This document shows positions 18,529 to 28,056 of a stretch of 64,000 bases of DNA, one piece after another. Origin of the DNA: Candidatus Latescibacterota bacterium (GTDB taxonomy: Bacteria; Latescibacterota; UBA2968; UBA8231). Below the pieces are notes generated by a model. The model saw nothing but the letters and a program-made list of their open reading frames with translations. It searched no databases and had not been told where the DNA came from. The stretch lies in contig CBDETY010000003.1 of assembly GCA_965243025.1 (NCBI GenBank), positions 5,638,198 through 5,702,197 on the forward strand. Reading direction: 5' to 3'. Position 1 is the first letter of the stretch. Each line of letters starts with the position of its first letter. A program made the translations under genes and the position numbers.

Positions 18529-18918
18529 TTGTCTCCGATCCCCGATCCGGAGCGCGACATGCACGAAGCTGTGAGAGACTGGCTGGAGCAGTGCCGGAAC
18601 AAGCTCCGCACCGAGGCGATTACCGCCGCGGACCTCGACCGTCTCGACGGCCTGCTCGCCGAACCCCGCCAGCAGGTCCTCTACCTCTACGGCAAATCGA
18701 CCAACATGAGGTCCCCCCTGGCCGGCTGGGCCCTGTACGACCCTACCCGGCCGGAAACGCCGACCTTGCCCAGCGACGATCCGCCCTACGAATCTGTTAT
18801 CGCCGCCGTGGCCGACGGCTGGCGGGTGGTGCAGTTCCCCATCGCCAAGCTCTACGCGTACGAGGGCCAGGACAACGACTACCTCGGGTACGAGTTCGTG
18901 CTCGAGAGATTCGTTTAG
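18529..18918 (+). CDS. hypothetical protein
   Basis: 129-aa ORF with normal composition, co-directional and tightly spaced with its neighbours. Start is TTG 18529 or ATG 18559. Confidence 0.5.
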   Translation: MSPIPDPERDMHEAVRDWLEQCRNKLRTEAITAADLDRLDGLLAEPRQQVLYLYGKSTNMRSPLAGWALYDPTRPETPTLPSDDPPYESVIAAVADGWRVVQFPIAKLYAYEGQDNDYLGYEFVLERFV

Positions 18919-18927
18919 GAGAAACGG

Positions 18928-19722
18928 ATGCTTGCAATTGAACCGACCCTGGACGACGACGGCGTCATGGACTTCGTCGCCTCCGGCCTGGTCGTCCTCG
19001 AAGGTGTCATCGGGGAGAGCTTCAACCGCCGCTGCCGCGATCTCGCCCGGGGCAACTGCGACGCCCTGATCGCCTCGGACGACTTCACCCGCGAGGTGCT
19101 CCTGCACCCCCGGGTCGCCGGGGTCGCGCGCTCGCTTCTGGGGGAGGATTTCCTGGTTCCCCGGGGCGGGCACCACCACTACTTCAAGGACCCGCACCTC
19201 GGACAGACCTGGCATTCGGACGGGCTTTCGGGCAGCGGCTACGACGTCGTCGAGCTGCAGTGCTACTACTACCCCCACAGCGTGGCGCTGGCCGACGGGC
19301 CGACCATGGTTCTTCCCGGCTCCCATTGCCGCGCCGTCGACCGCGAGGCCATCGCCCACTACGGCGATATCCGCGGCCAGGTATCGCTGACCGTGCCGGC
19401 CGGAACCGTGGCGATGACCCGCTACGGCATCTGGCACAAGGCGGGCCCCAAGACCAACGACCGCGCCCGCAGCATGATCAAGTTTTCCTACCACCGCACG
19501 GCCGCGCCAAAGCGGGACTGGCTCTGCGATACCGCGGAGATTCCCGCCTGCCGCGACCGCCCGCGCCTGCCGTACGTGACCGAAGTCGAGTCCTACCGCG
19601 ACCGGGTGCGGCGCATCCGCACCTGGAACTGGCTGTGCGGCATCGACCAGGAGGTCGAGCTGCGCTGGGAAACGTCGAAGCGGGTCTCCGAACTGACAGG
19701 GGAAGGAACTCCAACTCCATAG
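18928..19722 (+). CDS. phytanoyl-CoA dioxygenase (PhyH) family Fe(II)/2OG oxygenase
   Basis: Motifs WHSD and MVLPGSH. AGGAGA RBS lies before ATG 18928. Confidence 0.8.
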   Translation: MLAIEPTLDDDGVMDFVASGLVVLEGVIGESFNRRCRDLARGNCDALIASDDFTREVLLHPRVAGVARSLLGEDFLVPRGGHHHYFKDPHLGQTWHSDGLSGSGYDVVELQCYYYPHSVALADGPTMVLPGSHCRAVDREAIAHYGDIRGQVSLTVPAGTVAMTRYGIWHKAGPKTNDRARSMIKFSYHRTAAPKRDWLCDTAEIPACRDRPRLPYVTEVESYRDRVRRIRTWNWLCGIDQEVELRWETSKRVSELTGEGTPTP

Positions 19723-19724
19723 CT

Positions 19725-19962
19725 CCCCTCAGGTCGACCGGCGAGCCGCCGATGGTGGGCGGCGCCTCTACGCCGTACCCGGGAAACTCGTCTGACAACA
19801 TGAGGGTCGCGCCTTGAAAATCCATTTCCGCGTGACCGATGCGGCCGCCCGCCTCGGACAAACGGGGCTTCTCCGGTGCGCCCAAGGCCCTGGCGTAGAA
19901 AATCGAGCGCCCCGGCCGCGTTTCAGAACCCGCAGGTAGATGAACATCCCGTGAATCGTCAT
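19725..19962 (-). pseudogene. remnant of a PhnB/VOC (glyoxalase-fold) gene, frameshifted and 3'-truncated
   Basis: AAAGGAG RBS plus ATG 19962 gives MTIHGMFIYL. A second frame continues SIFYARALGAPEKPRLSEAGGRIGHAEMDFQGATLMLSDEFPGYGVEAPPTIGGSPV, which is typical of the PhnB-like N-terminal half (compare the intact paralog at 32257-32733). The remnant runs into the 3' end of the PhyH gene. Confidence 0.55.
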
Positions 19963-19978
19963 GCCGGCTCCTTTCATT

Positions 19979-20755
19979 TCAGGAGTGTTCGAAAACGGTC
20001 TGCCGCATGCTCCAGGTTACCGGTTGCTGCCCGTCGAGTTGAGATCTGGCATGGAGCGCGCCGGCCAAGGCGGCAAGCTCCGGCGGGCTGGCCGAAGCCT
20101 TCACCGCGGGGTCCTCGCGGAGGGTTGCGAAGGTCATCCCGAACATGGCGGCGGCGTCCTTCGCGGCCACGGTGTGCTGCGCGATGCGGTTTGAGCGGAC
20201 TCGCAGGCCGTTCAGCTCCCTGACCGCGGCCAGCCGCCGGCCGACGTGGAGCTCGCCTCCCCTGCCGGCGATAGCTGCTTCCACCAGGCCCAGGTACTTC
20301 ACGAACACCGCGTCGCCGGTGTGGATGGACTCCACCTCGTCCACGAGGATTGTCCCGGTGGGCGTCATGCAGCCTTTCCATGACTCGATGGCCTTGGCGG
20401 GATCCGGGAGGTGGGAGAGCAGCAGGTGGCAGAAAACAAGGTCTGCGGCCTCGATAGGCGGAGGGCCCTCGGTCAGGTCGTGCCGGACGAACCGCAGCGC
20501 CGGGGCGGAGTCAGCGGCCAGACCCAGGAAGTGCTCCGACCGGTCGACGCCAACAGTCAGGGCGGCCCCCGACAGCCTGCTCAGGAGCCGGGTGGTGCAA
20601 CCGGGGCCGCAGCCCAGGTCTACGGCAACGCCGGGGTGAGGGGGCGCGGCATCCCGGATGAACCTCGTCATCTCGGGTTCGAAGAGCCGCGCCGCGACCT
20701 TCAGCCGTTCGGCCGCCTGGTCGGAGTCCCCCAATGCGTACGGCTCCTGTCTCAT
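19979..20755 (-). CDS. class I SAM-dependent methyltransferase
   Basis: Motif I VAVDLGCGPGCTT. Confidence 0.8.
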   Translation of the reverse strand: MRQEPYALGDSDQAAERLKVAARLFEPEMTRFIRDAAPPHPGVAVDLGCGPGCTTRLLSRLSGAALTVGVDRSEHFLGLAADSAPALRFVRHDLTEGPPPIEAADLVFCHLLLSHLPDPAKAIESWKGCMTPTGTILVDEVESIHTGDAVFVKYLGLVEAAIAGRGGELHVGRRLAAVRELNGLRVRSNRIAQHTVAAKDAAAMFGMTFATLREDPAVKASASPPELAALAGALHARSQLDGQQPVTWSMRQTVFEHS

Positions 20756-20767
20756 GGCGGGGCCGTA

Positions 20768-21097
20768 TTACTTGGGCGGAAGACTCAGCGCGCAGGAAGC
20801 GCCGGTGTCTACCCAATCCTGCAAGGAACCATGGTCTTTGGTGCCCTCGGGTCCGACGACCACCCAGCCGCGCATGGTCCTGCCGGTGAAGTCCATCTCG
20901 CGGACGTGGGGTCTGTCCAGGGCCGACTCGTACTCGGTCCGGGAGACGCGGACGATCAGGTCGTTCCCGATGACGCCGCACGCCATATTGCCCTGCAGCA
21001 TGAACGCCACGCCCCCGAACATCTTCTTCCGCACGAGGGACGGCTCCTCCCGAAGGATCCCGAGCACACGCTCGGTCAGATGTTCATCATGGGCCAA
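20768..21097 (-). CDS. TfoX N-terminal-domain protein
   Basis: HLTERVLGILREEPSLVRKKMFGGVAFMLQGNMACGV is typical of the TfoX/Sxy N-domain. Confidence 0.75.
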   Translation of the reverse strand: MAHDEHLTERVLGILREEPSLVRKKMFGGVAFMLQGNMACGVIGNDLIVRVSRTEYESALDRPHVREMDFTGRTMRGWVVVGPEGTKDHGSLQDWVDTGASCALSLPPK

Positions 21098-21181
21098 GGG
21101 CCGCCCTCCTGATTCCTGTCGTGGGGCAATGGCTTGTCGCCTCTCCGGTCCATGCCTGGACGGAGGGAAAGACTGCTGACG

Positions 21182-21985
21182 CTAGTCCTTCCGTGGTGTG
21201 TACAACATCAGGGTGCCGATCTGTTCATACCCCACAATCGGGTACAGTCTGGCCCCCGCGTGACTGGCGGTGAGTACTGCCATCCTCGAGCCAGCGGCGC
21301 GGTCGTCTCGCAGCATCCGGGACATCAGGGCACGAGCGATTCCACGGCGGCGGAACTCCGGAACCACGTACATATCCGCGCACCAGGTCCCCTGCTTCAC
21401 ATCAATGCTGCGAACCCACCCTACCGGTTTGTCGTCGACCAGCGCGACGTACTGACGCAACGGCGAACCTTCCGCAAGATGTTCGGACAGAACCTGGCGG
21501 GACCTTGCCGCCTTGTTCACCTGTTGTGCCAGATCTTCCGTGGTAACGCGAAGAATCTCTGCGGGTTTCTCGAAGCGCGGAATCCGTTTCAACTCGTGGA
21601 CCATCAAAGGCTCTGTTGCCCCAAGTCTGTAGTTGAGTGCCTTGAAGCCTGCCCGCAGCGGTTGATCGGATTCATCAACACCGTAAACCGCGCATACGGC
21701 GAATCTGCCCCGGGTGTGTTTGCGGGCAGTCCGGTCAATCATCTCCGGTGCTACACCGTGGGCGAGAAACTGTTCTCTGCGGTAGTTCCCGCGTTTTCGG
21801 GGGGCATCGCCCACGACCCAGATTTTTCCGACTCGCTCTGCCAGATAGGGGTGTGTGAAACTCCGCGTAAAACAGAATCCACGCGCGAACACCTCCATCG
21901 CCTGTTGCAGTATCTCCATTGCCTTTTCTTCCGGAATCAGGGCTTTGGGAAAATCCGCTAATGAAGGTTCATCCAGATGTTGCAA
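21182..21985 (-). CDS. GNAT-family N-acetyltransferase
   Basis: Acetyl-CoA-binding region MYVVPEFRRRGIARALMSRML. Start is TTG 21985 (17-nt overlap with the upstream gene) or ATG 21919. Confidence 0.75.
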   Translation of the reverse strand: MQHLDEPSLADFPKALIPEEKAMEILQQAMEVFARGFCFTRSFTHPYLAERVGKIWVVGDAPRKRGNYRREQFLAHGVAPEMIDRTARKHTRGRFAVCAVYGVDESDQPLRAGFKALNYRLGATEPLMVHELKRIPRFEKPAEILRVTTEDLAQQVNKAARSRQVLSEHLAEGSPLRQYVALVDDKPVGWVRSIDVKQGTWCADMYVVPEFRRRGIARALMSRMLRDDRAAGSRMAVLTASHAGARLYPIVGYEQIGTLMLYTPRKD

Positions 21986-23033
21986 GGGGATCCACAGCCT
22001 TGCCGCCGTACCTCATAATGTGGTGCCGGGGAGGGTGGTAGAAGCGGCCCACTTCTTCCAGGATTTCGGGTTTGCGCCGGATGCATTCCCGTGCCGGGAG
22101 GGTGAGAACGATGTCCTCGACATCGTGCGGTCCGATGCGCCAGTGGCCGCACACGGCTCCGGTCAACTCTCCGTCGACGAGCAGGCAGGCGAGCACTTCC
22201 AGCCCTTCGAAGCGCTCCTTGAGCTCGGCCGTATGGGGGAGGACCAGAGGGTCTCCCGGGTGAAGCATGAATACCCTCGGGTCGATTCGCGCAGGATCGA
22301 GGTTGCGGTCTTCAACGCAGGTCCATCCTTCTCCCAGGCTTTCCACCTGCACGGGTGAGAGCCCTTCACTTTCCAACCGGGTCAGAACAGTCGCCAGCCC
22401 TCGTTGAGTGAATCCCGACCAGCATTTCACCTCCTGGAAGGTGGCGAACACGTGGCTCCGGAAGAAGCGCCTGATCACGGCAGTTGCCGCTTCCTCCCAG
22501 GACAGGCGGTCAAGGTCGACCTCCGGAAGGGCGGAGCTCAGCGGAGACCAGGGCCGGTCCCAGCTGGCGTCGCTCTGGTCTTCGAACACCAGGAAGGCCT
22601 CCTGCAGGCGGTGCAGCACCGGCATCAGCTTCTTGTGCTGTATGTCCATCTCGAGGCGCAGCTGGCGCGGGGACAACCCGTCGTGGTAGCCCAGGACCTG
22701 GAGGACCCGATCCTGAATGTCGCTGAGGACCTTAAGGGGCCGGCGGAACGCCGCGGCGTAGAGCTCGAAATCCGCGGCCAGCACATAGCCGATCCTGCCG
22801 CCGGAGAACCGGCCTTTCAGCAGGTCCTGACGGGCGCGCAGTCCGTCCGCCAGGGACCGGTCGTCCCCGAGGCAGCGGTGCATGAGCCGGGGAGGGGAGC
22901 CGGGCATGTCCCGGGCTACGGGAGTCACCGGCTGCAGTCTCCTGACAAGCTCGAGGTATTCCCTCTCGTCGCGGGCAGGGGATACCAGTCCGTGGCGCCT
23001 GAGGCGGTGGGCGAGGACGGATTCCTTTTTCAT
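21969..23033 (-). CDS. winged-helix DNA-binding protein of the YcaQ/AlkZ (DUF1006, HTH_42) family
   Basis: Family-typical N-terminus MKKESVLAHRLRRHGLV and overall length. ATG 23033 overlaps the upstream stop as ATGA. Confidence 0.6.
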   Translation of the reverse strand: MKKESVLAHRLRRHGLVSPARDEREYLELVRRLQPVTPVARDMPGSPPRLMHRCLGDDRSLADGLRARQDLLKGRFSGGRIGYVLAADFELYAAAFRRPLKVLSDIQDRVLQVLGYHDGLSPRQLRLEMDIQHKKLMPVLHRLQEAFLVFEDQSDASWDRPWSPLSSALPEVDLDRLSWEEAATAVIRRFFRSHVFATFQEVKCWSGFTQRGLATVLTRLESEGLSPVQVESLGEGWTCVEDRNLDPARIDPRVFMLHPGDPLVLPHTAELKERFEGLEVLACLLVDGELTGAVCGHWRIGPHDVEDIVLTLPARECIRRKPEILEEVGRFYHPPRHHIMRYGGKAVDPLATSG

Positions 23034-23578
23034 TGGTCGACCGGAATTTCCAGCGGTTGCCTGCAGGAGCCGCAATTGACGCGGATCTCGGTGAGGACAG
23101 TCGGTATTCGATTCGGAGATCTACAGTGGGGACATACAAAAAGGCGCGGCTGCAGGGGCTGCGGAAGAAGCCGGGCTCGTGACGTCCTTCCTAACCGTAC
23201 CGGAAACGCATTCGCGGCAGCGTCCATGGCCTGAACGATTACGGGCAGGGGGGCCAGAAAGAACTCCTTTCCTTGACTGACGCGGTATTCCCCCAAAGCC
23301 GCATGTGTCAGACCTTCGGCAGCCTCTCGATTCGACACATGGACGAAGTAAACGAGCCGAAAATCCCGGTACACAGAAGTCGAAGCGCTCAGCTCGGATA
23401 CCCGGACAAATGGTTGCCGTGCGGATCGACCGATCTTGTAGACAGGATCGACGAAGGAGCTGTTGCTGCATGCATAGATCCAGCCGACGCGCCGGTACTC
23501 CCGCCGCCGCTTGTCGAAGGAGGAAATCGCCGCAAAGCTCGCCGGGATCTGGTCAATTCCTGGGTGAGGGTTCGGCAT
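23030..23578 (-). CDS. T5orf172 (GIY-YIG-like, MUG113) domain protein with C-terminal zinc ribbon
   Basis: GWIYACSN...VYKIGRSARQPFVRVSELS...GLTHAALGEYRVSQGKEFF, then CPHCRSPN...CGSCRQP. Confidence 0.7.
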   Translation of the reverse strand: MPNPHPGIDQIPASFAAISSFDKRRREYRRVGWIYACSNSSFVDPVYKIGRSARQPFVRVSELSASTSVYRDFRLVYFVHVSNREAAEGLTHAALGEYRVSQGKEFFLAPLPVIVQAMDAAANAFPVRLGRTSRARLLPQPLQPRLFVCPHCRSPNRIPTVLTEIRVNCGSCRQPLEIPVDQ

Positions 23579-23628
23579 TTCAGGCGGCGATGAGTTTCTG
23601 GGACAATCCCCTCCAGCGGGACCCCTGG

Positions 23629-24459
23629 CTACTCCTTCTCCGCGATGATCCCGAGCATCGGCGGGGCCGACAGGAACGCCCGGGGATCCCGTTCGCGCTC
23701 GTGCCAGTCGGCCTCGAAGGCGCGGCGTTCATCTTCAGTCAGCAGCCCGGATTCCACCAGCCGCGGCACGTAACCGAAGAAGAACCCGGTCGGCCACTCC
23801 CAGAGGGCCGTGCCGGGCCGGGCGAAACGCAAGATCGGTACGAGGTCGACCACACGGAACCCGGCTTCTGCCAACAGCCCGGGAAGCCGCTCGCCGACGT
23901 TGAGGTCCCCTCCGGTGCGCCGCCAGCTCTCGTACACGGCCGCGAGCACGCGGTCGAAGTCGGGGCTCGGCGGATACAGCCTGGTCGCGTGGTAGTTCAG
24001 GTAGTCCCAGACAACGAACCGGCCTCCCGGCCGCAGCCCCTTCGCCACCCTCTCGATGACGGCCGCCGGGTCCGGAAGAAAGCAGAACAGCCAGCGCGCG
24101 AAGGCGCCGTCGAGGGAATCCGGTTCGAGCTGCAATGTCTCAACCCCCTCCACGCGCGCCGTCAGGTGCGCGAGCCCGCGCCGCCCGGTTTCCCCGACCA
24201 GCGTTTCGATGAAGCGCGGGGACTCGTCCACCGCGAGAACCTGTCCGCCGGCGCCGACCCGTTGGGCAAGCTCGAGAGCGGCGAATCCCGGACCGCAGCC
24301 GAGATCGAGCAGGCGGTCGCCCGGGCCGAAGCCGGCGCGGTCCCAGAGGTCGTGCGTCTCCGGCGACCACAGTCGATGCTGGGTCTCGAGGCGCCGCCCT
24401 TCCTCTGGGTCGGTGCCGAGGAGATAGGGCTTTTCAGGGGAGGGTCCGGGGTCTGTCAC
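23629..24459 (-). CDS. class I SAM-dependent methyltransferase
   Basis: Motif I LLDLGCGPGFAALELA. Confidence 0.8.
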   Translation of the reverse strand: MTDPGPSPEKPYLLGTDPEEGRRLETQHRLWSPETHDLWDRAGFGPGDRLLDLGCGPGFAALELAQRVGAGGQVLAVDESPRFIETLVGETGRRGLAHLTARVEGVETLQLEPDSLDGAFARWLFCFLPDPAAVIERVAKGLRPGGRFVVWDYLNYHATRLYPPSPDFDRVLAAVYESWRRTGGDLNVGERLPGLLAEAGFRVVDLVPILRFARPGTALWEWPTGFFFGYVPRLVESGLLTEDERRAFEADWHERERDPRAFLSAPPMLGIIAEKE

Positions 24460-24604
24460 TGGCCGGGGTCGGAGTCGTCGGGATAGTTGAACGGCGCGTC
24501 CCCTTCGATGGAGCGGGGGTCCGCTGCTGCGCTGACCCTCACGGCGATCGCCTCACTTCTTCGTCCCGCAGCTCCTGCCCGGCCAACATCGGGCGGGCGG
24601 AGGA

Positions 24605-25180
24605 TCACCTGTCGCGGAAGCCTTTGCCGTCCAGGATTTTCCGGACGTACTTCCCGACTCGTGCGGCGCGGGTCTTGGCCTGTCTGGCGCCTGAGAAGTA
24701 CAGGTTGTACTCCCGCCTCCGGCCGGGGGTCAGGGCCTCGAACGCAGCCTTCAACGCCGGGTCCTGGTCCAGGCGGCTCCGGAGCTCGGCGGCCAGGAGG
24801 AGCTCGGGTGGCGGGCCCACCTTCAGGCCCGCTTCCTCGACATCGATGGCCTCGTCGACGTAAGCCTTGACCGTGCCGGCCAGCCGGGCAACGTCATCGA
24901 CCGAGGTGAACCGGATACGGCGGGCGGACCGCGAGTTCGGCCCCTGCTCCTCGAGAACCCCTTCGGGATCCTTCAGCAGGGCGCCCTTGAAGAACATGAG
25001 GGCGAGGAACTCCTTCATCTCCTGGAGGATGACGACGTTCCCGCCCTTGTGGCTGTAGCAGGGCTTGCGCCACTTGATCTCCTCGGTCAGTCCGCAGCCG
25101 AGCAGGATCGGCCGCAGGCAGGCCATCTCCTCCGGCCACTGTCCGGACCGTCCGATATAAGCATCAACTTCGGGGTTCAT
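24605..25180 (-). CDS. YdeI/OmpD-associated family protein (DUF1801 + YdeI)
   Basis: MNPEVDAYI...EEIKWRKPCY...ALTPGRRREYNLYFSGARQAKTRAARVGKYV. ATG 25180. Confidence 0.75.
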   Translation of the reverse strand: MNPEVDAYIGRSGQWPEEMACLRPILLGCGLTEEIKWRKPCYSHKGGNVVILQEMKEFLALMFFKGALLKDPEGVLEEQGPNSRSARRIRFTSVDDVARLAGTVKAYVDEAIDVEEAGLKVGPPPELLLAAELRSRLDQDPALKAAFEALTPGRRREYNLYFSGARQAKTRAARVGKYVRKILDGKGFRDR

Positions 25181-25487
25181 GACCACTTTACATCTTCCGT
25201 CGGCATCGGTGAATGCGCCGCCTGTTGCGGTCGCCTGACGGGATTGCGGATTCGGCACTCTTGAATGTACCCGTGCCGTCCTCTACAGTTCAACCGGCCC
25301 CTGTCGGTACGGGGGGCTCTTTCCGGCAACCGTGAATTGGAGCATCAGGGCGGTGGAAAACCTCATCGTCCGGGACTGCACTCATACCATTGCTAAGGAA
25401 TCCCGGTAAAGAATCCCGGCAGGGGGCTTCCGCCAGGCGCGGCCGCTCAGGGTGAGCGTAGAGCTTGATCCAGCGGGGACTTCTGAA

Positions 25488-26351
25488 ATGTCGATTCGCC
25501 TCAGGAAGCTGCACCCATTGATCGGGGCCGAAGTCACCGGGGTCGATCTGGCCCGCCCCCTCGACCGGGCTGCCGTGGAAGCCATCCGGAGCGCCTGGAG
25601 CCGGTACGGCGTGCTCCTCTTCCCCGAACAACCGATTACCGATGAGCAGCAGGTGGCCTTCAGCCGCCATTTCGGGACGCTGGAGATCTTTCCCCAGGCG
25701 GCGAACCGGTCCCGGACCGTCCCGGAGATCTTTCGCGTCACCAACGTGGGGGACGACGACCGCATCCTGCCGGTCGATTCCCCGGGCGGCCGCTACAGCA
25801 CGCTGATCTGCGTCTGGCACACCGACAGCAGTTACCGTCGAGTGCCCGGCAAGGGGGCGGTGCTTCACGCCATCGAGGTGGTCACAAAAGGGGGCGACAC
25901 CCTGTTTGCCAACATGTGCCATGCCTACGAGCAGATGCCGGTGGAACTGCAAGAGAGGATCGCGGGGCTGAAGGCGCGCCACAGTTTCGAGTACTCACGC
26001 CAGCTGCGGCAGCTGCCCCCCATGGATCCGGCCGAGGCGGCCGAGGTGCCGCCGGTGGACCACCCCCTGGTCCGGCGGCACGGGGACGGGCGTCGCTCGC
26101 TCTACGTCAGCGCCACCTACATGGAGCGCATCCCGGGGCTGAGCGAGGCGGACAGCAGGGGGCTCATCGACGAGCTGATGGCCTGGGCCACCCAGGACCG
26201 GTTCGTCTACCGGCATCGCTGGCGCCCCCACGACGTCCTTATGTGGGACAACCGCTGGTGCATCCACGTGGTGACCCCCTTCGACCACGGCGCCGAGCGC
26301 CGGGTGATGCACCGCACCACCATCGCCGGCACCGAACCGGTGGAAGGGTGA
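25488..26351 (+). CDS. TauD/TfdA-family Fe(II)/2-oxoglutarate dioxygenase
   Basis: LHPLIGAEVTGVDL, WHTDSSY, and a C-terminal MWDNRWCIH...RVMHRTTI. Confidence 0.85.
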   Translation: MSIRLRKLHPLIGAEVTGVDLARPLDRAAVEAIRSAWSRYGVLLFPEQPITDEQQVAFSRHFGTLEIFPQAANRSRTVPEIFRVTNVGDDDRILPVDSPGGRYSTLICVWHTDSSYRRVPGKGAVLHAIEVVTKGGDTLFANMCHAYEQMPVELQERIAGLKARHSFEYSRQLRQLPPMDPAEAAEVPPVDHPLVRRHGDGRRSLYVSATYMERIPGLSEADSRGLIDELMAWATQDRFVYRHRWRPHDVLMWDNRWCIHVVTPFDHGAERRVMHRTTIAGTEPVEG

Positions 26352-26402
26352 GGCGGATTCAGCCGCGGCGGCACGGCGAGACCTGATGGTCTCTCTGCCT
26401 CC

Positions 26403-26762
26403 TCAGGTCACCGCTTTTCGCACAATCTCGGACAGTCCGGCCTCGGTTGCGTCGTCCAGCCCGGTGAAGAACCAGGCGCAGCCCATCAGCAGGTTCGGGG
26501 CGCCCTCCTCGACGGAGAGCTTCACCTTCTCGGTAAGGCCGAAGGTCATGTACTCGTCATCCGCCCGGAAGAAGCAGAGCACCGGTCCGTCCAGGGCGTA
26601 TCCCGGCATACCGTACCACACCCTGGGATTGAGCTCGGGGGCGCTCCGTCGGATGAGCGCGTGGACTCGCTCACCCATGCCCCGGAAGGGCTCGGGCATC
26701 GCGGCAATCTTCTCGAGCACCGCGGCCTCGTCGTCGGCCTTCTTCTTCGCCTTGCTTGCCAT
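26403..26762 (-). CDS. DUF1801 (YdhG-like) domain protein
   Basis: PEPFRGMGERVHALIRRSAPELNPRVWYGMPGY. GGAGGA RBS before ATG 26762. Confidence 0.7.
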   Translation of the reverse strand: MASKAKKKADDEAAVLEKIAAMPEPFRGMGERVHALIRRSAPELNPRVWYGMPGYALDGPVLCFFRADDEYMTFGLTEKVKLSVEEGAPNLLMGCAWFFTGLDDATEAGLSEIVRKAVT

Positions 26763-26927
26763 GGGAATTCCTCCCTGCTCGGTCACGCGCCCCCGACAGC
26801 GCGGATTTCGGCTCATTTAAGGGTGCGGCAACGACCGCTCGCGAGGTGCGGTTCTCCAGGGCTGGTCGAGGGTTGCGAGGGCGACGTTTTTCTTGACTGA
26901 CCGGGTGGAGATCCGTACGGTCTGAGT

Positions 26928-27992
26928 ATGACAGAACACAGACAAACAGTCGAGACCGCACCCGCCATCGACGACGGATCGACGACGCGCGACGCCAAAG
27001 GGGAGTGGACCCCCCGGTTTCTGGGGAAAGCACAGCCTTTCGTCTGGCCGTTCCAGCCAAAAAAGCTCCTCCAGTTTCTGCTCGGTTTCCCCGGTTTCCT
27101 GTGGCCGTTCGGCGCCGTCGCCTTCTACGGGCTCGCCGCCGTGACGTGGCACTACCTCCAGCCGGGGGCCGACCAGTTGAGCAACTTCAGCGAGCTGCGC
27201 GCCTCCTGGATCCTGCCGATGTTCGCCCGCAACATCGTCATGCTTGTGATCGTCGCCGGCTCTCTGCACCTGATCCTCTACTGGCGCCGCGTCCAGGGGA
27301 CCCGCTTCAAGTACAACTCGCGGTGGCCGAGCAGCAACAGCAAGGCGTTTCTGTTCAACGACCAGGTCAAGGACAACGTCTTCTGGAGCGTCGTCAGCGG
27401 CGGCGGGATCTGGACCCTGTACGAAGTGCTCATGTTGTGGGCGTACGGCAACGGCTGGGCTCCTTACATGTCGTGGCGGGACAACCCCCTCTGGTTCATC
27501 GCCCTGGCCGCGGTTCTCCCGTTCTGGCAGGACTTCCACTTCTACGTCATACACCGCATTTCGCACTGGAAACCGCTCTACAAGTGCTCCCACTACCTGC
27601 ACCACCGCAACACGAACGTCGGGCCCTGGTCCGGTCTGTCGATGCACCCGATCGAACACCTGCTGTATTTCACCCGCTGGATCATCCTGTTCCTGGTGCC
27701 CTCGCACCCGATCCACATGTTCTACCTGATGCAGCGTCCGGCGCTCAACCCGGCCCTGGGTCACACCGGCTTCGACAGGCTCGTCCTGAAAGAAGAGAGC
27801 GAGGGCATGTCCATCGACTCCTATTTCCACTACCTGCACCACCGCTACTTCGAGTGCAACTACGGCACCGTCACGGTGCCGTTCGACCGCTGGTTCGGAT
27901 CGCTGCACGACGGCTCTCCAGAGGCGTACGCCCGCATGCGGCGCAAGCAGCGGATCCCGGCCAAGACGGACGCAGAGGCGGTCAGCGCCTGA
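26928..27992 (+). CDS. fatty-acid hydroxylase/sterol desaturase superfamily membrane protein
   Basis: Histidine boxes HRISHW, HYLHHRN and HYLHHRY, plus several hydrophobic segments. Confidence 0.8.
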   Translation: MTEHRQTVETAPAIDDGSTTRDAKGEWTPRFLGKAQPFVWPFQPKKLLQFLLGFPGFLWPFGAVAFYGLAAVTWHYLQPGADQLSNFSELRASWILPMFARNIVMLVIVAGSLHLILYWRRVQGTRFKYNSRWPSSNSKAFLFNDQVKDNVFWSVVSGGGIWTLYEVLMLWAYGNGWAPYMSWRDNPLWFIALAAVLPFWQDFHFYVIHRISHWKPLYKCSHYLHHRNTNVGPWSGLSMHPIEHLLYFTRWIILFLVPSHPIHMFYLMQRPALNPALGHTGFDRLVLKEESEGMSIDSYFHYLHHRYFECNYGTVTVPFDRWFGSLHDGSPEAYARMRRKQRIPAKTDAEAVSA

Positions 27993-28056
27993 GGGAACTC
28001 CCCGATCCGGGAAATTGAGGCGATCCCCCTGAAAGGGTGCGTCAGCGGAACTGCCG

